Of a stretch of DNA of 53,122 nt, positions 39,996 through 49,874 are shown piece by piece; within the stretch, counting starts at the first letter, position 1, and each line of letters begins with the position of its first letter. Source of the DNA: Anaerolineales bacterium. Its GTDB lineage: Bacteria > Chloroflexota > Anaerolineae > Anaerolineales > UBA11858. The notes below the pieces were generated by a model. The model searched no databases. It was not told the origin of the DNA and was given only the letters and a program-made list of their open reading frames with translations. Location of the stretch: assembly GCA_018335275.1 (NCBI GenBank), contig JAGXKM010000001.1:74154-127275 (forward strand), in the 5' to 3' direction. Both the position numbers and the translations under genes were made by a program.

Positions 39996-40172
39996 ATGCC
40001 AAAGAGAACATATCAACCGAAAAAACGACGCAGAGCACGCAAACACGGATTTAGGGCTCGTATGAAAACAAAAGGTGGCCGGAAGGTGCTTAAACGCCGG
40101 AGAGAAAAAGGCCGCCATAAACTCGCCCCCAAGGCAAACAATCACGTGAAAAAAACGAACTGGAAGGCCTAG
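39996..40172 (+). CDS. rpmH: 50S ribosomal protein L34 (58 aa; not in ORF track)
   Basis: Hand translation: [58 protein letters not shown]; AAGGAGG RBS. Confidence 0.97.
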   Translation: MPKRTYQPKKRRRARKHGFRARMKTKGGRKVLKRRREKGRHKLAPKANNHVKKTNWKA

Positions 40173-40199
40173 CTCTGCGGCAAGACAAGAATATATCGA

Positions 40200-40550
40200 G
40201 TGAAACGTAATTTTCGACTTACAAGCTCCATCGATATCCAGCGGGTGCGGCGCTATGGTTCCTCAATTGCCCACCCGCTTCTTGTTTTATATTTCTTAGA
40301 TAAGGATCAGAAGAGGACGCTCTTTGCGGTTTCCGCAGGGAAGGCAGTTGGCAAAGCGGTTAACAGAAATCGCGCCAAACGTTTAATACGGGCAGCGCTC
40401 CAAGACTTAATCCCCCAAATCAAAGATGGATGGGATATCGTCATTGTGGCCCGGAAACCATTGGCCTCTGCGAATTGTCAAAAAACCAAAAAAGCGTTAG
40501 AATCTCTTTTCAAGAAAGCGAATTTGTTACATCAAGCAGATGAAAACTGA
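40200..40550 (+). CDS. rnpA: Ribonuclease P protein component
   Basis: [25 protein letters not shown]; follows rpmH. Confidence 0.95.
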   Translation: MKRNFRLTSSIDIQRVRRYGSSIAHPLLVLYFLDKDQKRTLFAVSAGKAVGKAVNRNRAKRLIRAALQDLIPQIKDGWDIVIVARKPLASANCQKTKKALESLFKKANLLHQADEN

Positions 40551-40845
40551 GACAAGGGTCACAAACAAACCTATCCACCCCCCAGAAAACCAGTATCCCC
40601 TGGATGAGATTGAAATCTCTTTCCAGACCTTACCCCGTATCCCTTTCTTAGCACTTATTCGTCTTTATCAGAAGTTCATTTCCCCCGCCATACCAGGTAA
40701 CACATGCCGTTTCTACCCCACCTGCTCACATTACAGTTATCGGGCCATTTACAAATATGGCGTGCTGCGCGGCAGCCTGCTTGCCATCTGGCGAGTGTTA
40801 CGATGCAACCCTTTCACATCAGGCGGCCATGACCCCGTTCCTTGA
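40540..40845 (+). CDS. yidD: Membrane protein insertion efficiency factor YidD
   Basis: [19 protein letters not shown]...[14 protein letters not shown]. Confidence 0.95.
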   Translation: MKTETRVTNKPIHPPENQYPLDEIEISFQTLPRIPFLALIRLYQKFISPAIPGNTCRFYPTCSHYSYRAIYKYGVLRGSLLAIWRVLRCNPFTSGGHDPVP

Positions 40846-40871
40846 CAACTATTGAAAAAGAAACCATGCAT

Positions 40872-41945
40872 ATGAAAAAATATTTAATCCTCATTCTCCT
40901 CATACTTTCTCTATCTCTCACCGCCAGCGCATGCAGCGGAAGAAGGCTTTCCGCGTCTGGCTGGCCTGGTCTGACCACAGATCAAGAGACAGCGTATCTG
41001 GCCGCGGCTCAGCACGTTTACGCGGTAAACTTGAATAACGGCACACTGCGCTGGAAATATCCCTCAGAAGCTGATAACGATGCTACGTTCTTTGGGGCCC
41101 CAGGGCTGACTGACGATGGACAACTTATCGTCACCAGCTATGACAGTAATGTATACAGTCTGGATCCGGACACTGGAAACGAAAACTGGTCATACACAGA
41201 AGCGGAAGACCGCTTCATCTCCGGCTCCCTGGTGACCTCGCAGGGGATTTTCACGGGCTCCGCAGACCATAACCTGTACGCGTTGGACTTCCAGGGAAAC
41301 CAGCTTTGGCCCCCATTTGAGACCCAAGAGCAGATCTGGGCTCTTCCCAACACAACGGAAGACTGCGACTGCATTTACCTGGCTTCCATGGATCACCATC
41401 TCTATGTGATTGATATTGACGATGGATCTCTGCGTTGGCAGACAGAAGATTTAGGCGGACCCATTGTCAGTAAACCATCCCTATCTGAAAATAACACCGT
41501 CTTTGTGAGCACATTCGCCAACGAAATCCTGGCAATTGGCCCTGAAGATCATGACGTGCTGTGGCGTTTTGAAACCAAAGATTGGGCCTGGGCCAGCCCA
41601 GTTCCGGATGGAGATCAAGTCTATGCCAGTGATTTATCCGGCACATTCTATGCCCTGAATCAGGAAACCGGGGAGTTGGAATGGCAGATCCAGCCGGGGG
41701 GAAGGATTGTTTCCGCCCCACTTATCACCGAAGAGAAGATCTACTTTGGCACAGATGAAGGAGCCTTCATCCTCACAAGCAAGGATGGAACCATCCAAAG
41801 GAATCAAACCTTAGAAGGCAAGCTGTACACCAGCCCGGTTCACGCTGGCGACCTTATCCTCATCGCCCCCACCGACAATGAAAGCCTCTTGATCGCTTAT
41901 GGTGAGGACGGGGTCAAGCGATGGGACTTTTCCCCTTCTGAGTAA
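40872..41945 (+). CDS. Lipoprotein with PQQ-like (BamB-like) beta-propeller
   Basis: MKK + hydrophobic stretch + ASA-C lipobox; repeated LYAL...G...W blades. Confidence 0.85.
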   Translation: MKKYLILILLILSLSLTASACSGRRLSASGWPGLTTDQETAYLAAAQHVYAVNLNNGTLRWKYPSEADNDATFFGAPGLTDDGQLIVTSYDSNVYSLDPDTGNENWSYTEAEDRFISGSLVTSQGIFTGSADHNLYALDFQGNQLWPPFETQEQIWALPNTTEDCDCIYLASMDHHLYVIDIDDGSLRWQTEDLGGPIVSKPSLSENNTVFVSTFANEILAIGPEDHDVLWRFETKDWAWASPVPDGDQVYASDLSGTFYALNQETGELEWQIQPGGRIVSAPLITEEKIYFGTDEGAFILTSKDGTIQRNQTLEGKLYTSPVHAGDLILIAPTDNESLLIAYGEDGVKRWDFSPSE

Positions 41946-42003
41946 CTGATCCGAGTTGTGGAACGTTTAGAAAAACATTAGTCACTAAAAAATGGAATAA
42001 ACT

Positions 42004-42756
42004 ATGTGGGATGCATTTATCACCTTCATGATCAACATCTTATTGTATATTTACAACCTGGTCGGCCAGAATTTCGGCTTGGCCATCATCCTCTTTACCA
42101 TCCTGGTCCGCCTGCTTATGTACCCCTTAACTGCTCGTCAGGTAAAGAGCAGCAAAGCGATGCAGGATCTCCAAAAATCAAAAAAGTGGCAGGATATCCA
42201 GGAAAAGTACAAGGATGATAAAGAGAAACTGGCCCAGAAACAAATGGAAGTTTACCAGGAGATGGGCATCAGCCCCTTTGGATCATGTTTGCCGCTTCTT
42301 CTCCAATTTCCAATCATCATCGGCCTTTATCAAGCCATCATCCGCACCTTGGCAGTGACCCCCGTGCAGCTGGTGAACCTTTCCAAACATATCAATGACG
42401 GCGCTCAACTCATCCCCATCAACAGCCAATTCCTGTGGATGGAACTAAGTGAGCCGGAAAGATTGCAGATATTTGGACTTGGGGTGCCCATTTTGGCCAT
42501 CCTGGTCGTGATCACATCTTACATTCAAACGAAAATGGTATCCACCAGCGCCCCTGGAGATGATGGTGGTCAAGGAGCACAGATGAGCAAAGCGATGAGT
42601 CTGTATATGCCCTTTTTCATGGGCTACCTTGCTCTGACCTTCGCCTCTGGCTTGGCCCTGTACTTCATCGCCACGAATTTGACAACGATCGCTCAATATG
42701 TGATCCTGGGACAGGGAGATTTTAAAAACCTGATCCCAAACTTTTCATCATCATAA
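42004..42756 (+). CDS. yidC: Membrane protein insertase YidC (short form)
   Basis: GLAIILFT..VR..PL, EKYK, GSCLPLLLQFPI, FLW, GLALY...N. Confidence 0.95.
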   Translation: MWDAFITFMINILLYIYNLVGQNFGLAIILFTILVRLLMYPLTARQVKSSKAMQDLQKSKKWQDIQEKYKDDKEKLAQKQMEVYQEMGISPFGSCLPLLLQFPIIIGLYQAIIRTLAVTPVQLVNLSKHINDGAQLIPINSQFLWMELSEPERLQIFGLGVPILAILVVITSYIQTKMVSTSAPGDDGGQGAQMSKAMSLYMPFFMGYLALTFASGLALYFIATNLTTIAQYVILGQGDFKNLIPNFSSS

Positions 42757-42796
42757 CGGAAATCTCCTATCCCAAGATAACCCGCGAAGAGGTGTT

Positions 42797-43525
42797 ATGG
42801 ATAAAAGTCGTGCCACACTGGAAGTCATCGCCCAATCCGTGGATGAAGCCATCCAAAAAGGTTTGAACGAATTGGGTTTACCCCGAGAAGCTGTTGAAGT
42901 GGAAGTGCTGGACGAGGGAAGCCAGGGGGTATTGGGTATTGGTTCCCGGCAAGCCCGGGTCCGGATTTCATTAAATACGCCTGAGAGCCAACCAGAAAAA
43001 GCAGAAGCAAAAGAACAACCTCTGGATGAAGAATCAGACGAAGAATCAAAAGAAGCTGCTGTCCTGGCTTTAGCCGAACAGGTCGTCAACGAACTTCTTG
43101 AAAAAATGAACATCTCCGCCAATGTCTCGGGCGAATTAGGTGAGAAAAGCGACAACTTACCCTATCGGCCCCTCAAAATCGATATCACCGGGAAAGATCT
43201 CAGTATCCTGATTGGCAAACGAGGAAAAACACTGAACGCTTTGCAATATGTAACCCGATTGATCATGGGCAAAGAATTAGAACGCGGAATTCCTCTAACC
43301 ATAGACGTGGAAGGATACCGGAAGAGAAGAGAAAACCAGGTCCGCCAATTAGCCCAACGGATCGCTCAGCAAGTCGCTCAAACCCAACATCGTCAAGCGT
43401 TAGAGCCCATGCCCCCCAATGAGCGTCGGTTTGCCCATCTTGAATTGAAAGATCATCCCGATGTCTACACAGAAAGCACCGGAGAAGATCCAAACCGAAA
43501 GGTAGTTGTTTATCCTAAACAGTAA
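42797..43525 (+). CDS. jag: RNA-binding protein Jag/KhpB/EloR
   Basis: Jag N-domain (VDEAI..GL..L), KH LIGKRGKTLNALQ, R3H ERRFAH...STGEDPNRKVV. Confidence 0.95.
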   Translation: MDKSRATLEVIAQSVDEAIQKGLNELGLPREAVEVEVLDEGSQGVLGIGSRQARVRISLNTPESQPEKAEAKEQPLDEESDEESKEAAVLALAEQVVNELLEKMNISANVSGELGEKSDNLPYRPLKIDITGKDLSILIGKRGKTLNALQYVTRLIMGKELERGIPLTIDVEGYRKRRENQVRQLAQRIAQQVAQTQHRQALEPMPPNERRFAHLELKDHPDVYTESTGEDPNRKVVVYPKQ

Positions 43526-43544
43526 TCAAATATGCCAGCCTATT

Positions 43545-43580
43545 AAACACGGGCAGGGATCCCTGCCCGTGTTTTCTTTT
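43545..43580 (+). terminator. Terminator after jag (30-bp perfect palindrome)
   Basis: AAACACGGGCAGGGA|TCCCTGCCCGTGTTT followed by TCTTT. Confidence 0.8.
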
Positions 43581-43716
43581 AATTTTTAAGGTAAAACCAG
43601 GTGCGCACTCTTAATGTCCCACCGATATTATGAGAGGGAGCCCGCTTCCCCGCATCATCCCAGCTGACCGCCCCTGCAGCCTCGAAAGGGAAGGTCGTTT
43701 CAGGTATAATGCAAAC

Positions 43717-44562
43717 ATGAACAGATTGGCAGAGAATGATGTCATTGATTACCTTGTCCTGGGTCATATCACTCAGGACATTACACCACAGGGGAGCCAC
43801 TTAGGAGGAACAGCAGCTTACGCATCATTACTCGCTCATCGAATGGGATTAGAAGTTGGATTAGTTACGGGTGCCAGCGATAAGATCTCACTTTCCAGAT
43901 TAGAGGGTGTACGGATCCATAAATCAAGCCATCATCTAACCACGACCTTTGAAAACCATTACACGACCAACAAACGCGTTCAATACCTCTCGCAAATCGC
44001 TCCCCCTCTCAGCTACCAGGATATACCTCCTTCCTGGCGGAGAGCACCCATTGTCCATCTCGCCCCTGTGGCCAAGGAAATTCATCATGAAATGATCCAT
44101 AAATTCTCTGATTCGTTTCTGGGCATCTCTCTTCAGGGTTGGCTGCGCCAATGGGATCAAAACGGAAAAGTTTCCCCCTCACCGTTGAATTTTTCTCTTC
44201 AAACCTGTCCACCCACTTCTGCTGTCATCTTGAGCCTTGAGGACGTTGGAGGCGAAGAAGACTGGGTTTTTCGGTACGCTCGTCAATGTCCACTTCTTAT
44301 CGCGACCCGGGGGAAAGAGGGTGCTGACATCCATATCCAAGGACATGTCCATCATATCCCCACCTCCCCCAAAAAGGAACTTGACCCCACCGGAGCCGGA
44401 GACATTTTTGGCTGTGCCCTTTTCATTCACTATGTCAAACAAGGAGCGCTGCTGGAAGCGGCCCAGTTCGCCACCAAATTAGCGGCCGCATCAGTGAAAC
44501 GTCCGGGTTTAAAGGGCGTGCCGAGCAGGACGGAAATTCAATCTCTTCAAAAGGTTTTCTAA
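43717..44562 (+). CDS. PfkB/ribokinase-family carbohydrate kinase
   Basis: GHIT.D, GG...Y, TRG.EG, DPTGAGD.F; TATAAT 6 nt before ATG 43717. Confidence 0.9.
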   Translation: MNRLAENDVIDYLVLGHITQDITPQGSHLGGTAAYASLLAHRMGLEVGLVTGASDKISLSRLEGVRIHKSSHHLTTTFENHYTTNKRVQYLSQIAPPLSYQDIPPSWRRAPIVHLAPVAKEIHHEMIHKFSDSFLGISLQGWLRQWDQNGKVSPSPLNFSLQTCPPTSAVILSLEDVGGEEDWVFRYARQCPLLIATRGKEGADIHIQGHVHHIPTSPKKELDPTGAGDIFGCALFIHYVKQGALLEAAQFATKLAAASVKRPGLKGVPSRTEIQSLQKVF

Positions 44563-44565
44563 ATC

Positions 44566-45351
44566 ATGGGTAAAATTTATACGATCGCAAATCAGAAGGG
44601 GGGTGTTGGTAAAACAACAACCACAATCAATCTCGGTGCTTACCTGGCATATTACGGTCAACGGGTGTTATTAGTGGATGTAGACCCCCAGGCCAACGCC
44701 ACCTCCTCTTTGGGCATAGATAAACATGACATCAAGGGGGGAACCTATGAAGCTATCTTGGAAGATACCAGCATACGGCAGTATATCCTTCACAACCCCC
44801 GGCTGAAGCTCTCCATCCTTCCCGCTTCCCCCGATTTAGCAGGCGCAGAAGTGGAGTTGGTCAATGAAGTCGGCCGCGAGAGCCTTCTGAAACGGACCCT
44901 GGTTCCCTTACACGAAGATTATGACTACATCCTGATCGACTGTCCCCCTTCCCTCGGACTCTTGACATTAAACGGGATCGTTTCTGCCAAAGATGGCATC
45001 CTCATCCCTGTCCAATGTGAATATCTGGCCATGGAAGGATTAGGTCAGTTAACCTCGACCATCGACCGGGTACAAAGGGCCTTAGCCCCAGACCTGGAAA
45101 TCCGGGGGGTGATATTAACCATGTTCGACGGCAGAACGAACCTGGCCAGCGATGTGGTCAAAGAAATCAAGAAACATTTCCCCGAACAAGTTTTTGACTC
45201 CGTGATCCCCCGGAGCGTTCGGCTTGCAGAAGCACCCTCGTATGGGCTTCCTATCTCCCTCTACGCCACATCCTCCAAAGGCGCCAAGGCCTATCAAGAT
45301 CTGGCCAAGGAAATCATGCTGGGAGATGGATTGCGCGTTCCTGAGGTATAA
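44566..45351 (+). CDS. parA: Chromosome partitioning ATPase ParA/Soj
   Basis: NQKGGVGKTT, D.DPQAN, DCPPSLG, PVQCEY, RLAEAPS.G. Confidence 0.97.
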   Translation: MGKIYTIANQKGGVGKTTTTINLGAYLAYYGQRVLLVDVDPQANATSSLGIDKHDIKGGTYEAILEDTSIRQYILHNPRLKLSILPASPDLAGAEVELVNEVGRESLLKRTLVPLHEDYDYILIDCPPSLGLLTLNGIVSAKDGILIPVQCEYLAMEGLGQLTSTIDRVQRALAPDLEIRGVILTMFDGRTNLASDVVKEIKKHFPEQVFDSVIPRSVRLAEAPSYGLPISLYATSSKGAKAYQDLAKEIMLGDGLRVPEV

Positions 45352-45410
45352 TACACACGTTCATGAAAGACTTAAAATAACTCATCCAGCACAGGGAAGA
45401 CTACCAAGTT

Positions 45411-46286
45411 ATGGCTAAAAAACGTCCTGGATTGGGTAAAGGGCTCGAAGCCCTGATCCCTTCCAAATCTTCTGAAGACGAATTTGTAGAGCAATCCGGC
45501 GTCATGGAAATTCCCGTTGAGGCCATCAACTCAAACCCCCACCAACCACGGCGAGGCTTCAATCACGATGAATTGCGGGAATTGGCCGAGTCCATTCAAG
45601 AACACGGCATCATCCAACCCCTGGTGTTGCTTAAACGGCAAAGCGGGGAGAAAGAATTCAGTTTGATCGCCGGCGAAAGGCGTCTAAAAGCCGCAAAAAT
45701 GGCCGGCCTGGAAACCGTCCCTGCTATCTTGCGGGAAGCCTCAAACCGGGATCAACTGATTGTGGCCTTAATTGAGAACGTTCAGCGAGCTGATTTGAAC
45801 CCCCTGGAAACGGCTTCCGCCTATCAGAAGTTATCCCGGGTTTTTGAATTATCCCATCAAGAAATCGGAGCGCGGGTTGGAAAAAGCAGAACCACGGTCA
45901 CCAACACCCTGCGACTCCTTGATCTGCCGGATATCGTCCAACAAGCCTTGAGAAACGGCCAGATAAGCACCGGACACGCTCGTGCCTTACTTTCCCTGCA
46001 AAACACCAAATCACAGGCAGCTGCGCTGCAGACGGTCCTTACCAAGGATCTGAATGTCAGACAAACTGAATCCCTTGTTAACCGGTTACAGGGAAAGAAA
46101 AAAGAAAGAAAGCGGGAACGGGAAACCCAGTCACCGGAGATCCAGGATATCCAGGATCAGCTGCAGTCCACCCTGGGGACGAAGGTCCGCTTGAAACAAA
46201 ACAAATCCGGAAATGGGACCATCACGATCCATTACTACTCTGAAGAGGAACTCAACTCCCTCCTGGACCTTTTCATGGAAGATTGA
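45411..46286 (+). CDS. parB: Chromosome partitioning protein ParB/Spo0J
   Basis: GLGKGLEALI, NPHQPR, IAGERR, ENVQRADL, HTH, GHARALL. Confidence 0.97.
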   Translation: MAKKRPGLGKGLEALIPSKSSEDEFVEQSGVMEIPVEAINSNPHQPRRGFNHDELRELAESIQEHGIIQPLVLLKRQSGEKEFSLIAGERRLKAAKMAGLETVPAILREASNRDQLIVALIENVQRADLNPLETASAYQKLSRVFELSHQEIGARVGKSRTTVTNTLRLLDLPDIVQQALRNGQISTGHARALLSLQNTKSQAAALQTVLTKDLNVRQTESLVNRLQGKKKERKRERETQSPEIQDIQDQLQSTLGTKVRLKQNKSGNGTITIHYYSEEELNSLLDLFMED

Positions 46287-46322
46287 TATCAAACAGGGGG
46301 AGAAACGAATGAATAAACAGAA

Positions 46323-47915
46323 ATGACTACCCACATCCTCAGCAACGGGAAGATTTACACCTCTGACCCAACGCGCCCCAAAGCCTGGGGCCTGATCATC
46401 GAAGATGGTATGATCACAGGTCTCCTCCATCAGGAACAAGATATGGGGACCCGGAGTGATGTCAAACATGAAAACCTTGATGGCAAAACCGTATTGCCCG
46501 GTTTCACGGACGCGCACATCCACCTTAAACAATACGCCTTAACATTAAAGAAAGTTGATTGTGAAACGGACACGAAAAACGAGTGCCTGCAGCGCGTCGC
46601 GGCCAGGGCAAAAAAGCTGGAGCCCGGAACTTGGATTCTGGGACATGGTTGGGATCAAAACCGGTGGGAGGAGGGTTATGGGTCACGGGAGGAACTGGAT
46701 GAGTTTGTCCCGCATCATCCAGTCTATCTGACCGCGAAATCGCTTCATGCAGCCTGGGTCAACTCCGCAGCCCTCACCTCAGCCCATGTCAACAAGAATA
46801 CACCTGATCCACAAGGCGGGAACCTTTCCCGGGATCGGAAAGGAAAGCTTACAGGGTTATTGTTTGAAAACGCCATCCCTCTGGTCACGGATCATATTCC
46901 CCCGCCCAGCCTCCCAGAGACGATCCGGGCCCTGCAGGACGCCCAACGGTCTCTGTGGAGCATGGGAGTGACGGGAGCGCATGATTTCGACCGCCATTTG
47001 AGTTTCGCCGCCCTTCAAGAATTACAGGGCAACGCAGACCTGAAGCTGCGGGTGACGAAACACATAAACATCCAGAAATTGAATGCGGCAGTTGATATCG
47101 GTCTCAGAAGCGGCTTCGGAAATTCCATGCTCCAAATCGGGGGTATCAAAGCCTTCGCAGACGGAGCTTTGGGGCCGCAAACCGCAGCCATGCTCACACC
47201 TTATGAAGGGGGCGAGAGCCGGGGTGTGCTGCTTTTGCCTGCGGAGGAAATCGTCCAAAAAGGCATCCTCGCCGTCCAAAACGGGCTCAGCCTGGCAATC
47301 CACGCTATAGGGGACCGTGCCAATCGTGAGGTGTTAAATGCCTACGAACAAATTCGCGCTTACGAAGAGAGACATCACCTCCCCCCTCTCAGGCACCGGA
47401 TAGAACATGTACAGGTGCTTGACCCCGCAGATTGCGATCGGCTGAGCAGATTGGGAATCATCGCCTCTATGCAGCCCATCCACGCCACCTCTGACATGGA
47501 AACCGCCACGCGTTATTGGGGAGCCCGAACCCAATATGCATACGCATGGCGGACCTTGTTAGATCACCGCACCCCCCTTGCTTTCGGATCAGACGCCCCG
47601 GTAGAATCCCCTGACCCTTTCCTGGGAGTTCACGCAGCAGTCACACGCCAAACGCCCTCTGGAGAACCGGCCCCTCACGGTTGGAGGCCGGAGCAGCGGA
47701 TATCCTTGGAAGAAGCGCTGGAAGCCTATACAACAGGCGCTGCTTACGCCGCTGGACAGGAAGATCGGGGCGGCAGACTCAAGCCCGGATACTGGGCGGA
47801 CCTCATCGTCTTAGAAAAGGACCCCTTCTCCTCCCCCAGCAAAGACCTTCTCTCCACCCACCCCCTGGCCACCATGGTCAACGGGGAGTGGGTCTGGCGG
47901 CTTGAATCATCATAG
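46323..47915 (+). CDS. Amidohydrolase (YtcJ-like, Amidohydro_3)
   Basis: PGFTDAHIH, K.FADG, HAIGDRA, RIEH, FGSDAP, ADLIVL. Confidence 0.92.
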   Translation: MTTHILSNGKIYTSDPTRPKAWGLIIEDGMITGLLHQEQDMGTRSDVKHENLDGKTVLPGFTDAHIHLKQYALTLKKVDCETDTKNECLQRVAARAKKLEPGTWILGHGWDQNRWEEGYGSREELDEFVPHHPVYLTAKSLHAAWVNSAALTSAHVNKNTPDPQGGNLSRDRKGKLTGLLFENAIPLVTDHIPPPSLPETIRALQDAQRSLWSMGVTGAHDFDRHLSFAALQELQGNADLKLRVTKHINIQKLNAAVDIGLRSGFGNSMLQIGGIKAFADGALGPQTAAMLTPYEGGESRGVLLLPAEEIVQKGILAVQNGLSLAIHAIGDRANREVLNAYEQIRAYEERHHLPPLRHRIEHVQVLDPADCDRLSRLGIIASMQPIHATSDMETATRYWGARTQYAYAWRTLLDHRTPLAFGSDAPVESPDPFLGVHAAVTRQTPSGEPAPHGWRPEQRISLEEALEAYTTGAAYAAGQEDRGGRLKPGYWADLIVLEKDPFSSPSKDLLSTHPLATMVNGEWVWRLESS

Positions 47916-47990
47916 TCATAAGGCTCAAGCCTGAATTGTCCGTGGTGTCTGATAGTACGGGTTTGAGAGTGGAGTGCCGGGAGAAAACTG

Positions 47991-49874
47991 CTACCGCAGT
48001 CGACGGATATCCCCTTCTCTGATAGTAACCCCCTCCCTATCCAAATGCTCCAGGAAGTCCAACATATAACGACGGCTGGAGTCAAAATAATCCCTGGCTT
48101 CCGCCACCTTGATGGTATCCTTTTCCTCCAACCATGCCTTAATGTCCGCAACCATCTTTTGGTATGTTTCCCGCCTGAAGACAACTTCCGTGGAAACCGG
48201 TTTCAATTCACCCAGAGAAATCAATGCGCTATAAACCTCTTCTCCCACAGCTTCCAAGCATCGATCGACGGTGGGAGGTGAAGTTGGGCTGCGCTGAAAT
48301 TTTGCCATCAGCGATTCGATTTGTTCTTTCTGATCAGCGTTAAAACGTATCTGGTGAGAAGGCAAAGCGACAAGAGGCCCTTTTTCGGTCAAACGATTCT
48401 CCTGAGACAATGTATGTAAAGCAGCCTGAAAGACATCTTCTGAAAAAGTTGATTGGCTTCTCAACTCCTCCCTTGGCATCCCCAGACGGAGCGGGAATGT
48501 CTCATGATAACGTTCCACCTCGGAAATTAATCCCGTCAGGACGTTCTCCCAGTAATCCGGGTCCGCAATCAGCTGGTCCTGTTCCCCTCCATCATCAATG
48601 AAAATCGCAGCATCCCCCTGAGTTAGACGGTTCAAAGCTTGAGCTGCGGTCTGGGGATCAATGCTGGATTGGATGATTAACTCTCGGCGGTTAAGGACAC
48701 CTGAACGCTGGATGATCTGCCGTAAAATGTCCTCAGGATCCCCACCAGACAAGGCCCGGAGATGATTCAAAACTCCTTCGTCAAACCGTTTATGCCGGTA
48801 AGCTGGCTGCGGATCAAGGACGATCCCCCCTCCCATGGTTTCAGACGGAGAGGGACGGCGCAGAATATAACGATCCCCCCGCAGCGTCACTAAAGCCTCC
48901 TCTAATTCCAACTGCAGCCATCCCGTTTGACCCGGCCGCAATTCTTCGTCTCCCAACAACCGGATCCGGGCCATGACTTCATCCGCCCCGATAAAGAGCT
49001 TTGCCGGGGTATTGTGGGTAAGTGGTTTCAACACTTCAGTCAACAGTTTAAAGCGGACATCGATCCGCCTTGTCGGCTGATAATCTCCAGGATGCGCCAC
49101 CACATCTCCCCTCTCAAGGCCATCGACATCTACCCCGGAGATATTGATCGCTGTCCTGCTCCCGGGAAATGCCTTTTCAACCTCCTTATTATGAACCTGA
49201 AGACCGCGAATACGGCCGATGGTCCTCTCTGGGAGTATGGTGATCTCATCCCCGACCTCCAGTTTTCCATCCAGCAGCGTCCCGGTGACTACGGTGCCAA
49301 ATCCAGAGATTACAAACGCCCGATCGATCGACAAACGCGCTCGCCCCAGATCTGGGCGGGGAGGGCGCCGGGAAAGCGTTTCCCCCAATACCTTTACCAA
49401 TTCCTCCACACCTTCCCCTGTCTTCCCTGAAACCCGCAGGATGGGGGCTTCCGCCAATGTCGTCCCCTGCAAACTTTCCCGCAGATCCATCTCCACCAAA
49501 TCCAACCAATCCGGATCATCCACCACATCCACTTTGGACAGGGCCACTACCCCATCCTCAATACCCAAGAGATCCACGATCGCCAGGTGTTCTTTCGTCT
49601 GGGGCATCACCCCTTCATCTGCAGCGACCACAAACAAAACGGCATCAATCCCGCCGATCCCCGAAAGCATATTTTCAATGAAATCCCGATGGCCGGGAAC
49701 ATCGATGATGCCAACTTCCTCACCGCTTCCCAACGTCAAAGAATCAAAACCAAGGACAATGCTTAATTCGCGTTCTCTCTCCTCCCGCAAGCGATCTGGG
49801 TGAGTTCCCGTGATGGCTTCAATCAGGGTCGATTTTCCGTGGTCTACATGGCCTGCAGTGCCGATAATATGCAT
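47991..49874 (-). CDS. selB: Selenocysteine-specific translation elongation factor
   Basis: GTAGHVDHGKS, DVPGH, PQTKEH, G.GTVVTGTL; C-terminal winged helices ending SRRY..FLEHLD..G.T.R.GD.R. Confidence 0.96.
   Translation of the reverse strand: MHIIGTAGHVDHGKSTLIEAITGTHPDRLREERERELSIVLGFDSLTLGSGEEVGIIDVPGHRDFIENMLSGIGGIDAVLFVVAADEGVMPQTKEHLAIVDLLGIEDGVVALSKVDVVDDPDWLDLVEMDLRESLQGTTLAEAPILRVSGKTGEGVEELVKVLGETLSRRPPRPDLGRARLSIDRAFVISGFGTVVTGTLLDGKLEVGDEITILPERTIGRIRGLQVHNKEVEKAFPGSRTAINISGVDVDGLERGDVVAHPGDYQPTRRIDVRFKLLTEVLKPLTHNTPAKLFIGADEVMARIRLLGDEELRPGQTGWLQLELEEALVTLRGDRYILRRPSPSETMGGGIVLDPQPAYRHKRFDEGVLNHLRALSGGDPEDILRQIIQRSGVLNRRELIIQSSIDPQTAAQALNRLTQGDAAIFIDDGGEQDQLIADPDYWENVLTGLISEVERYHETFPLRLGMPREELRSQSTFSEDVFQAALHTLSQENRLTEKGPLVALPSHQIRFNADQKEQIESLMAKFQRSPTSPPTVDRCLEAVGEEVYSALISLGELKPVSTEVVFRRETYQKMVADIKAWLEEKDTIKVAEARDYFDSSRRYMLDFLEHLDREGVTIREGDIRRLR

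Noticed and set aside
39954-40145. 63-aa minus-strand ORF and the many other short antisense/nested ORFs in the track
   Set aside because: They are shadows of well-supported genes on the other strand or frame (here rpmH), with no motifs or RBS.
40138-40153. parS site (…TCACGTGAAA)
   Set aside because: The left arm does not match TGTTT, and the sequence lies within rpmH codons.
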